Source: an uncultured Gammaproteobacteria bacterium
Lineage (GTDB): Bacteria > Pseudomonadota > Gammaproteobacteria > Steroidobacterales > SZUA-146
Length of the DNA stretch: 64,000 nucleotides
Reading direction: 5' to 3'
Assembly (NCBI GenBank): GCA_963922815.1
Contig: CAWUKD010000002.1
Span: 2,128-66,127 of the forward strand
How positions within the stretch are numbered: the stretch's first letter is position 1; each line of letters starts with the position of its first letter. The translations under genes and the position numbers were made by a program. Under the pieces are notes generated by a model, which saw nothing but the letters and a program-made list of their open reading frames with translations, did not search any database and was not told where the DNA came from. Shown in pieces: positions 47,343 through 55,634 of this stretch.

Positions 47343-50300
47343 ATGCCCAATACTCATCTGCCTGAACAGCTAAGTCGGGTTGGTTCCCGGCTTCGCCGCG
47401 TCGCCACTATATGGCTGGCTGCTGTTTTTGTTATCGGGTGCGGCGATGCCGATGTAACGACAGGCGGTCAGGAGTCCCTGCAGCTCACGGCTAAAGATAT
47501 TGAAATCAATAATCGCGGCGTAGCGTTGATGGGCTACTTTGATTACGCGAGTGCGCGCGAGGCGTTTCGCGAGGCCGTTGATCGACAGCCGCGCTGGGCT
47601 GACGTTAAAGTTAACCTCGCCATTGCCACTTTGAATCGACAAATGGAAGGTGATGAGGTTCTCGCCCGAGGCTACCTCGAAGAGGTGTTGAGCGAAAACC
47701 CGGACAACCTTCGCGCCAGTTTCGTGTCGGGCCTGTTAGCCGAACGCGCCGGTGAAGCCGAACTGGCCAAACAGCGCTATCAACGGGTGCTGGATGAAGA
47801 TCCCAACGATGCGTATGCGGCTTACTATCTGGCGGTTCTTACTCAAACCGATGACCCGGACGCGGCGCGTGAGCTTTTTGCGCGCGCGATTCGCATAGAT
47901 CCTTACCTGCGAAGTGCCTATTACGGCGCTTTCCTGCTCCATGTGCGATCGGGTAATCGTGAGGAGGGCCTCGAAATGCAGGCTATCTACGAACGGCTGG
48001 CCGATAATCCCAGGGCTCGACTCGCAGAAACCAAATATACGCGTATGGGCAGCAAAGCCGATGCTCTGGCGGTGGGTCTGGACAGCATTCAGGACGTCGC
48101 GATCCCCCAGGGGCCGCTGTTTATGGAACCGCAGACCATTGCGACCTTTGCGGTGCCGGGAGACCGCTCCCTGACCACGGTTGATCTGGGGGATGATGGT
48201 CTGCAGGATATTTTTGTGGCAAACTTGGAAGGCCCTGCACAGGTTATTCAGGCAGGCGAGGAAGAGTATAGACAGCTTGAAAACCATCCGCTGAGCGAGC
48301 TGGGACCGATGATTGCGGTTGCCTGGTCTGATATCGACAATGATGGAAAAGTGGATCTGGCTGCGTGCGGGCCCGATTCGGTTACTGTTCATTTCAAAAC
48401 GGGCGTAGACAGCTGGGCGTTAAAGCGGCCATTGCAGTCGCTAACCGGCAACAAGAAATGCAGTGATCTTCAGCTTCTGGATGCTGACCACGATGGAGAC
48501 CTGGATCTTTTTGTCGCGTTCCAGTCGGGCGGTCATGATGTGCTGAGTAATAACGGAGATCGCTCCTTTCGCAGTTTGCGTGAAGAGCGCGATCTCGCGC
48601 TTAGCGACAGATCGGGGCGTAACCTTGTGGCCGCTGATCTCGATAGCGATCGCGACACGGACCTGCTGGTGGTAACTGCGGGTGGTGTCGACATTCTGTT
48701 TAACGACCGGCTGTGGGATTACACGCCTGCCGGCGACGTCGATGCCGCTCAGGTGCCGGGAACCCTGTTGGACACCGATCTTCTGGCGCTGACCGCGGCC
48801 GACGCCAATGCCGACGGCCGCATTGAGCTTTACGGGATAGGAGTCACAGGGCAGCTGCTGCAATGGACGCGCGATGGCGCGGAGTCCTGGACGAGTCGCG
48901 TGTTGTCGACTGTGTCCGCGAATGCGGGTTCATCCGTTGAGATGGATGTCAGTGATTTTAACGGAGACGGCACGCTGGATATGCTGCTCGTCGATGACGA
49001 CGGTTTGCGTGTGCTCAGTCTGGGTGCCGACAGCGTGACGACGCTGTTTGAATTTGAAGGCGATATTTCCAATGCGATGCATCTGGTTGCCGATGCGGAC
49101 AAAGGGCCATCAATCGTGGCACTCGTGGATACGCCGGCAGGGCAGCATTTACTGAGATTTCCGCCGGGGCCCGGCCGCGGCAAATTTGCGGCGCTGACGT
49201 TTGAAGGTCAGGAAGAAAAAGCCGATTCGATGCGGTCGAACCGATCCGGCGTTGGTACTCGCGTCGCCATACGTCGTGGCTCGCAGTGGACCATCAAAGA
49301 TAATTTTGACCGTCATACCGGTCGCGGACAGAGTTCCCAGCCCATCGCTGTGGGCCTCGGCTCTGACGAAGTCGTGGACTATATTGCGATCGACTGGTCC
49401 GACGGTGTGTTTCAGACTGAGCTGAACCTGGAGGCGGGCCGGCAGCACAACGTCACCGAGACCCAAAGGCAATTGTCCAGTTGTCCGGTTCTGTTTGCCT
49501 GGAACGGCGAGGAATGGACATTTCTGAGCGATGTACTTGGCGTGGGTGGTATCGGGTTTCTGCACGACCCGGCGGCACAGGGGGCTTCCCGTTATGGCGA
49601 ACCTCGACCATGGGAATACTTTGCGATTCCCGAAGAGCTGCTTCAGCCCATCGATGGTGCGCTCAAACTCAAAGTAACCGAGCCTATGGAAGAGCTGGCT
49701 TTGCTCGACAATGCGCAGCTTGTTGCATACGACCTGGCTCCGGGCTGGAACATGGTGCTGGATGAGCGCATGTCGACAGGACAGCCTGTTGCCACAGGCC
49801 AGCCCCGCTACTATCGGAACGAATTCAAGGCCGCGCAGGTGGTTCGCGGGGACGGCGCGGACCTGACCGCTGCAGTTGCCCAAACGGATTTTGTCGCAGC
49901 GGACCTTGGCAATGCGCACCCAAGGTTTTTGGGTATGCTCGAAACGCCACACAGCGTGGTCATGAAATTTGATGAGCCACTGAATTCGAAACGTGGACCG
50001 TTATTGCTGAAAGCATCGGGATGGGTCGAGTATCCGTACTCGCAAACCGTTTTTGCGGCCTGGCAGTCCGGGGCGTTGTACACGCCGCCGTCGTTGGAGG
50101 CGGGCGATGATGCCGGCAACTGGACGATGCTCCACAAGAACTTCGGTTATCCGGCCGGCATGCCGCGTGAGATGTCGGTTCCGCTGGGCGTGTTGCCGCC
50201 GAATACGACACAGCTTCGCCTGAGCGGAAATCTGGAAATTTACTGGGACGCGTTGAGCCTGGTCGAGATTGAAGAACCTCCCGAAGCCGATGTGGTTCGC

Positions 50301-50711
50301 CAGTTTCTGCATCTGCGCGAAGCCGAGCTCATGCAAAGCGGTTTTCCCAAGCGCATTCAGCAGCCGCAGCGGCGCCCCGACTATGATTTCAGTCAGCGTA
50401 TTCCGTTTTGGGACACGAGATATCCGGAAGGGTATTACACTGTGCTGGGTGACGTTAAACCGCTGCTCGACGAAACCGATGGCGCGTTTGTGGTCATTGG
50501 GCCCGGCGAGGATGCCGAGCTGGCGTTCGACACGCCCGGAAAATTGAACAATGGATGGACGCGTCGATACGTGTTTTTCGTTTCGGGCTATGCCAAGGAC
50601 ATGGATATGTACACCCAGGACTCTGGAACCGTGGGTCCACTGCCTGAATTCCCATCGGCAAATCGCGCCTTACATAACACCTACAACACGCGGTTCCGCG
50701 ACGGGTACTAG
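47343..50711 (+). CDS. large lipoprotein: TPR repeats + FG-GAP/VCBS beta-propeller repeats + UnbV/ASPIC domain + ~420-aa uncharacterised C-terminal domain
   Basis: Lipobox AVFVIGC. TPR-like helices span aa ~50-235. There are six DxDxDG-type repeats (DIDNDGKVD, DADHDGDLD, DLDSDRDTD, DANADGRIE, DFNGDGTLD...). The UnbV-like segment reads SNRSGVGTRVAIRRG...IAVGLG...IDWSDG. Confidence 0.8.
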   Translation: MPNTHLPEQLSRVGSRLRRVATIWLAAVFVIGCGDADVTTGGQESLQLTAKDIEINNRGVALMGYFDYASAREAFREAVDRQPRWADVKVNLAIATLNRQMEGDEVLARGYLEEVLSENPDNLRASFVSGLLAERAGEAELAKQRYQRVLDEDPNDAYAAYYLAVLTQTDDPDAARELFARAIRIDPYLRSAYYGAFLLHVRSGNREEGLEMQAIYERLADNPRARLAETKYTRMGSKADALAVGLDSIQDVAIPQGPLFMEPQTIATFAVPGDRSLTTVDLGDDGLQDIFVANLEGPAQVIQAGEEEYRQLENHPLSELGPMIAVAWSDIDNDGKVDLAACGPDSVTVHFKTGVDSWALKRPLQSLTGNKKCSDLQLLDADHDGDLDLFVAFQSGGHDVLSNNGDRSFRSLREERDLALSDRSGRNLVAADLDSDRDTDLLVVTAGGVDILFNDRLWDYTPAGDVDAAQVPGTLLDTDLLALTAADANADGRIELYGIGVTGQLLQWTRDGAESWTSRVLSTVSANAGSSVEMDVSDFNGDGTLDMLLVDDDGLRVLSLGADSVTTLFEFEGDISNAMHLVADADKGPSIVALVDTPAGQHLLRFPPGPGRGKFAALTFEGQEEKADSMRSNRSGVGTRVAIRRGSQWTIKDNFDRHTGRGQSSQPIAVGLGSDEVVDYIAIDWSDGVFQTELNLEAGRQHNVTETQRQLSSCPVLFAWNGEEWTFLSDVLGVGGIGFLHDPAAQGASRYGEPRPWEYFAIPEELLQPIDGALKLKVTEPMEELALLDNAQLVAYDLAPGWNMVLDERMSTGQPVATGQPRYYRNEFKAAQVVRGDGADLTAAVAQTDFVAADLGNAHPRFLGMLETPHSVVMKFDEPLNSKRGPLLLKASGWVEYPYSQTVFAAWQSGALYTPPSLEAGDDAGNWTMLHKNFGYPAGMPREMSVPLGVLPPNTTQLRLSGNLEIYWDALSLVEIEEPPEADVVRQFLHLREAELMQSGFPKRIQQPQRRPDYDFSQRIPFWDTRYPEGYYTVLGDVKPLLDETDGAFVVIGPGEDAELAFDTPGKLNNGWTRRYVFFVSGYAKDMDMYTQDSGTVGPLPEFPSANRALHNTYNTRFRDGY

Positions 50712-50892
50712 CGGAACGAAATAGCAATCATTCCGCTACGCGGCTAGCTGTGAACGACGGTGTAGCTTATGATCGGGCTTCCGGTGCCGTTCTATGTGCA
50801 GATAAATATTCAGAGGGCTGCGGGTGAACGACGACACGGTCGAGCATACGGCCTGTTACTAGTGCCAGGAAGATAACTTAAGCGAACCCCGT

Positions 50893-53748
50893 ATGACGCG
50901 TAGAAAAAAATATGTACCCGCGGTTGGACCGCGACTCAAGAAACTGCTGATTTTCGTTTTTGTTTTGTTTGCCCTGCTGTCGGCCAATGCGGTCTATCTG
51001 ATTGCGACCTCTATTCTGGAGTGGTCTACCGGCGAGACTTACCAGAACTTCTTCTACCAGTACATGTTTCTCGCCCATCTGATACTTGGGTTTATCATTA
51101 TCGTGCCGGTGATCGTGTACGGTGCGATACACATCAAGAATGCCCGCAACAGGCCCAACCGTCGCGCGGTAAAAGTGGGGTATGCACTGTTCGTCGTGTC
51201 CCTGCTGCTGCTGGTTACCGGGTTGACGTTGACACAGGGCGTGCCGTTTATCGAGATCAGGCATGCCGGCGCGCGAAGCAGCGCTTACTGGCTGCATACC
51301 CTGAGTCCGCTGTTTATTGGCTGGCTCTTCGTGCTGCATCGGCTGGCCGGACGCCGCATTAACTGGCGAGCCGGATTATGGGTTGGCGGCGTGGCGGCGG
51401 CGTTAACGGCCGTCGCGCTGGTCTGGCAAATGCAGGACCCGCGCCAATGGAACGTGGAGGGTCCGGAGTCGGGCGAAGAATATTTCTTCCCATCACTGGC
51501 GCGAACGGCAAGCGGCCAGTTCATACCCGAAGAAGCCCTGATGATGGATGGCTATTGCGAACAGTGTCACGCTGACACTCATGCAAGCTGGAAAGACAGC
51601 ATGCATCATCTCAGTTCATTCAATAACCCGGCGTACCTGCATTCGGTGCGAGGAACCCGCGCCATGTCGATGGCCAGAGACGGTGATGTTCAGGCGGCCC
51701 GGTTTTGCGCCGGATGCCATGACCCCGTGCCCTTTTTCAGCGGCGCTTTCGATGACCCCAACTTTGATGATGTGAATCACCCGACCGCACATGCCGGTAT
51801 CACTTGCACCAGCTGTCACGCTATTACCAATCTAAACAGCGTGCGCGGTAACGCCGACTACACGATTGAAGAGCCGCTACACTATCCGTTCGCCTACAGC
51901 GACAAGCCCACGCTTCAGGCGATCAATCGTCTGCTGGTAAAGGCGAAGCCCGAGTTTCACAAGAAGACGTTTCTCAAGCCGCTGCACAAGAGTACGGAGT
52001 TTTGTGGTACGTGCCACAAAGTACATTTGCCCGAGGAACTCAATAAGTACAAATGGCTTCGAGGTCAAAACCACTACGACGCGTTCCTCCTGAGCGGAGT
52101 GTCCGGGCACGGTGTGACCAGTTTCTATTATCCGCCCAAGGCCGAGTCGAACTGCAACGGCTGCCACATGGAACTGGAAGCCTCCGATGACTTTGGTGCC
52201 GCCGAATTTGACGATTCCGGTGAGCTAAAGGTGCATAACCACCAGTTTCCGAGCGCTAACACCGCTATCCCGCATGTGCTTGGGTTTGGAGATCGAGCCA
52301 ACGGTGCCCATCGGGATATTCTTGAAGGTTCGCTGCGTGTAGATTTGTTCGGCCTCAAAGAAGAAGGGCGCATTGACGGAAAACTGCACGCGCCTTTGGA
52401 AGACAGCAGTGAAGTGCTGCAGGCCGGCAAGACCTATTTGCTTGAAACCGTGTTGCGTACAATGACTTTGGGGCACACGTTTACTCAGGGTACGGCAGAC
52501 TCGAATCAGGTGTGGGTGGAAGTAACCCTGTCAGCCGACGGCGAAGTCATCGGCGCCAGCGGCAAGCTGGATCCTGAATCGGGCGAAGTGGATCCGTGGG
52601 CGCACTTCGTCAATGCCTACGTTCTTGACAAGAATGGCGCACGCATTGACAGACGCAACGCCGAAGACATTTTTACCGCGCTGTACAATCACCAGATACC
52701 GCCGGGCGCGGCCGATGTCGTACATTATCGCTTCCGTGTTCCACCCACAGCCCGTAACGTAACGATTGAGGCGCGCCTGCACTATCGCAAGTTTGACACG
52801 TTGTTTTATCGTTTGTTTGCTGATGATCCAGCGCTTTATAACGACCTGCCGATTATCACCATTGCTTCTGATCGTGTAACGCTCAGCGTGCAGCCGTCAG
52901 ATTCCGGGGCCGTCGAAGCCCCTGGCGATCGTGCGGCTACCCCGGTGACGGCCTTGCGCTTCAGTCAGAATCCGTCACCGATGAATCCCGAGCTTAAAGT
53001 GGATCGGGAGGGGCGTAAGCCGATTCCTGAATGGCAACGCTGGAACGACTACGGCATTGGTTTGCTACGCAAGCAGGGTGCCGGTGAGTTGCGACAGGCG
53101 GAGGCCGCGTTCAGGCAGGTGGTTGACCTTGGTCGGGCGGATGGTTCGATGAATCTGGCCAGAGTTTACCTGCGTGAAGGAAGGCTGGATGATGCCGCCT
53201 TGTCGCTTGAACAGGCGTCGGCGCATGCCACGCCGTCGCCGCCCTGGTCAATTGATTATTTTACCGGACGGGTCAACAAGCAAAATGGCTATCTCGAAGA
53301 AGCCGCGGCCAACTTCGAAAACGTTATCAATACGAACTATCAAAACGCACGCGAGCGCGGCTTTGATTTTAGTAAGGACTATCGCGTATTGAATGACCTT
53401 GCCGATACCTATGTTGAGCTGTCCCGACTGGAGCGTGGCGATGCCGGTTCCGGATTGCTGAATAAGGCGCGGGACACCTATGCCCGCGCGTTGTCCATTG
53501 ATCCTGAAAATGCGACGGCTCATTACGGGCTTTCTCAGGTGTATGCGCTGCTGGGCGATGAAGACAAAGCGAACGTACATCGTAGTGAACACGCCAAGTA
53601 CAAACCGGACGACAACGCTCGCGATTTTGCGATCAGTACCGCGCGGCGGAACGATCCGGCGGCTAACCATGCCGCGGACGCGATTGTGATTAACGACTTG
53701 CAGTGGCGCCCGGTCACCACCAATGCAAAGTCAGGGGTTTCCCATTAG
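50893..53748 (+). CDS. membrane-anchored pentaheme c-type cytochrome fused to C-terminal TPR domain
   Basis: Five hydrophobic helices (aa ~16-178). Five CXXCH motifs: CEQCH, CAGCH, CTSCH, CGTCH, CNGCH (nt 51556-52167). TPR-like repeats span aa ~700-930. Confidence 0.8.
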   Translation: MTRRKKYVPAVGPRLKKLLIFVFVLFALLSANAVYLIATSILEWSTGETYQNFFYQYMFLAHLILGFIIIVPVIVYGAIHIKNARNRPNRRAVKVGYALFVVSLLLLVTGLTLTQGVPFIEIRHAGARSSAYWLHTLSPLFIGWLFVLHRLAGRRINWRAGLWVGGVAAALTAVALVWQMQDPRQWNVEGPESGEEYFFPSLARTASGQFIPEEALMMDGYCEQCHADTHASWKDSMHHLSSFNNPAYLHSVRGTRAMSMARDGDVQAARFCAGCHDPVPFFSGAFDDPNFDDVNHPTAHAGITCTSCHAITNLNSVRGNADYTIEEPLHYPFAYSDKPTLQAINRLLVKAKPEFHKKTFLKPLHKSTEFCGTCHKVHLPEELNKYKWLRGQNHYDAFLLSGVSGHGVTSFYYPPKAESNCNGCHMELEASDDFGAAEFDDSGELKVHNHQFPSANTAIPHVLGFGDRANGAHRDILEGSLRVDLFGLKEEGRIDGKLHAPLEDSSEVLQAGKTYLLETVLRTMTLGHTFTQGTADSNQVWVEVTLSADGEVIGASGKLDPESGEVDPWAHFVNAYVLDKNGARIDRRNAEDIFTALYNHQIPPGAADVVHYRFRVPPTARNVTIEARLHYRKFDTLFYRLFADDPALYNDLPIITIASDRVTLSVQPSDSGAVEAPGDRAATPVTALRFSQNPSPMNPELKVDREGRKPIPEWQRWNDYGIGLLRKQGAGELRQAEAAFRQVVDLGRADGSMNLARVYLREGRLDDAALSLEQASAHATPSPPWSIDYFTGRVNKQNGYLEEAAANFENVINTNYQNARERGFDFSKDYRVLNDLADTYVELSRLERGDAGSGLLNKARDTYARALSIDPENATAHYGLSQVYALLGDEDKANVHRSEHAKYKPDDNARDFAISTARRNDPAANHAADAIVINDLQWRPVTTNAKSGVSH

Positions 53749-53785
53749 ACTACGATTCCGGTTTTTCTGACGCAGGCATCCGAGC

Positions 53786-55600
53786 ATGACAACAACACCG
53801 CCCGACGAGTTTTCTGACGTTCAGGATGACGCCATTATTGGTGTCTATCTGCGACGTTCTTTGTGGGTTTTCGCTGCGATTGCCCTGATCGGTGCCAGTT
53901 TCTGGTGGTGGCAGCAGCGTGAGGTGTCCGAGGGACCCGTCGTTCAGGGCAATGAAACGGGGCCGGCGGTGGTAACCACAGCCGAACCTGAGGCGCCGGC
54001 CATTCGCTTCGTCAATGTCGCGAGTGCGTCGGGAATCGAATTTGTTCATACGAACGGTGCGTATGGATTGAAGCTGTTGCCCGAGACCATGGGTGGTGGC
54101 GTGGCGTTGTTCGACTATAACAACGACGGATTGATTGATGTATTCCTGGTCAATTCGTCAGACTGGCCGTGGGAGTCAAGCGGCCAGGCGGCGACGCACG
54201 CGCTGTATAAAAATAATGGTGATTGGCAGTTCGAAAACGTTACAGAGGCTGCGGGTCTGGCGCTTACCGACTATGGAATGGGTGTTGCCGTTGGCGATTT
54301 TGACAGTGATGGTTTCGAAGATCTCTATGTGACGACGGTTGGACCCAATCGACTGCTTCGTAACCAGAATGGCGAGCGCTTTGTGGAAGTAGATCTTGGA
54401 ACACAAGGCGGTGCGACCGAGTGGAGTACCAGCGCCGCTTTCTTCGATATGGACGGCGACGGTGACCTGGATCTGTTTTCGGCGAACTATGTCGAATGGT
54501 CTCGGGACATCGATCTCGAAGTAGACTATCAGTTGACGGGCATCGGCAGAGCCTACGGACCACCGACCAACTATCGAGGCACGCAGTCCCGTCTCTGGCG
54601 CAATGATGGAGAGCGCTTTACGGATATCAGCGAAAACATTCACGTCACCAATTCCGCCACCGGCCAGCCGGTTGGCAAGGCGCTCGCTGTTCGACCTGAA
54701 GATCTAAACGGCGATGGCGCCATTGACCTGATTGTGGCTAACGATACGGTGCAAAACTTTGTGTTTCTTAATCAGGGTAATGGCTCGTTCATCGAGCAGG
54801 GCGCGCTGATGGGAATGGCATTTGATAACAGTGGTAACGCGACCGGTGCGATGGGCGTTGACTCGGCGTTTTATAAAAACGACGGTGATGTAGCGGTTGT
54901 CATTGGTAACTTCGCCAACGAAATGACATCGTTTTATGTGTCTCGCGGTAGCGATGTGTTTACCGACGAGAGCATTGTCTCTGGCATAGGACCGGACAGC
55001 AGGCGGGCTTTGAGCTTTGGGCTTCAGTTTTTTGATGCCGACCTCGATGGTCGACCCGACCTGATCACGGCTAACGGTCATGTTGAAGATGACATCAACA
55101 CCGTTCAGCCCAGCCAGCAGCACGCCCAGCCTGCGCAGCTTTTCTGGAACTGCGGTGAGGCCTGTCGTCGAACCTTCGTGCGTATTCCTGACGCCAGTCT
55201 GGGTGATTTAGCCACGCCCATTATTGGCAGGGGTGCCGCGGCTGCTGATCTCGACAACGACGGTGATCCGGACGTTGTATTAACCCAGATCGGGGCCGCG
55301 CCGCTGGTTCTGCGCAATGATGGTGGCGACCAGTCTGACGCGAACTGGCTCAGAGTTACGCTGCGCCAGACGGGTAAGAATCCGCGAGCGATTGGAGCAA
55401 AAGTCTCCGTTGCGGCGGGTGGGCAGACGCAGCGGCAAATGATCATGCCGGCTCGCAGCTATTTGTCGCAGATTCCGGCTGATGCCTTATTTGGCCTCGG
55501 AGCCGCGACAGAAGCCGCCGTCGAAATTGTTTGGCCTGATGGAGAAGTCAGTATTTACAATGGCTTAGAGATTAACCAGGTGCATGAATTGACGCGTTGA
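53786..55600 (+). CDS. CRTAC1-like protein (N-terminal anchor, FG-GAP/VCBS repeats, UnbV/ASPIC domain)
   Basis: TM anchor LWVFAAIALIGASFWWW. Repeats FDYNNDGLIDVF, GDFDSDGFEDLY, FDMDGDGDLDLF, DLNGDGAIDLI, DLDNDGDPDVV. The C-terminal UnbV-like segment reads RAIGAKVSVAAGG...LFGLG...IVWPDG. Confidence 0.8.
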   Translation: MTTTPPDEFSDVQDDAIIGVYLRRSLWVFAAIALIGASFWWWQQREVSEGPVVQGNETGPAVVTTAEPEAPAIRFVNVASASGIEFVHTNGAYGLKLLPETMGGGVALFDYNNDGLIDVFLVNSSDWPWESSGQAATHALYKNNGDWQFENVTEAAGLALTDYGMGVAVGDFDSDGFEDLYVTTVGPNRLLRNQNGERFVEVDLGTQGGATEWSTSAAFFDMDGDGDLDLFSANYVEWSRDIDLEVDYQLTGIGRAYGPPTNYRGTQSRLWRNDGERFTDISENIHVTNSATGQPVGKALAVRPEDLNGDGAIDLIVANDTVQNFVFLNQGNGSFIEQGALMGMAFDNSGNATGAMGVDSAFYKNDGDVAVVIGNFANEMTSFYVSRGSDVFTDESIVSGIGPDSRRALSFGLQFFDADLDGRPDLITANGHVEDDINTVQPSQQHAQPAQLFWNCGEACRRTFVRIPDASLGDLATPIIGRGAAAADLDNDGDPDVVLTQIGAAPLVLRNDGGDQSDANWLRVTLRQTGKNPRAIGAKVSVAAGGQTQRQMIMPARSYLSQIPADALFGLGAATEAAVEIVWPDGEVSIYNGLEINQVHELTR

Positions 55601-55614
55601 TCCTCATGAAAGAA

Positions 55615-55634
55615 TACTGTATAAATATACAGTA
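55615..55634. promoter_or_regulatory. LexA (SOS) box TACTGTATAAATATACAGTA
   Basis: Matches CTGT-N8-ACAG and 19/20 of the gammaproteobacterial consensus TACTGTATATATATACAGTA. Its last base is the A of the radical-SAM ATG. Confidence 0.8.

Noticed and set aside
50709-50892. A hairpin TAGCGGAA-N14-TTCCGCTA at the stop of the giant gene, and a 10-bp direct repeat GTGAACGACG (about 50741 and 50824) before the cytochrome gene.
   Set aside because: The hairpin has no T-run, so it is not a clear terminator. The repeat is short. I note it only as a possible internal promoter or regulatory region; the evidence is insufficient for a feature call.
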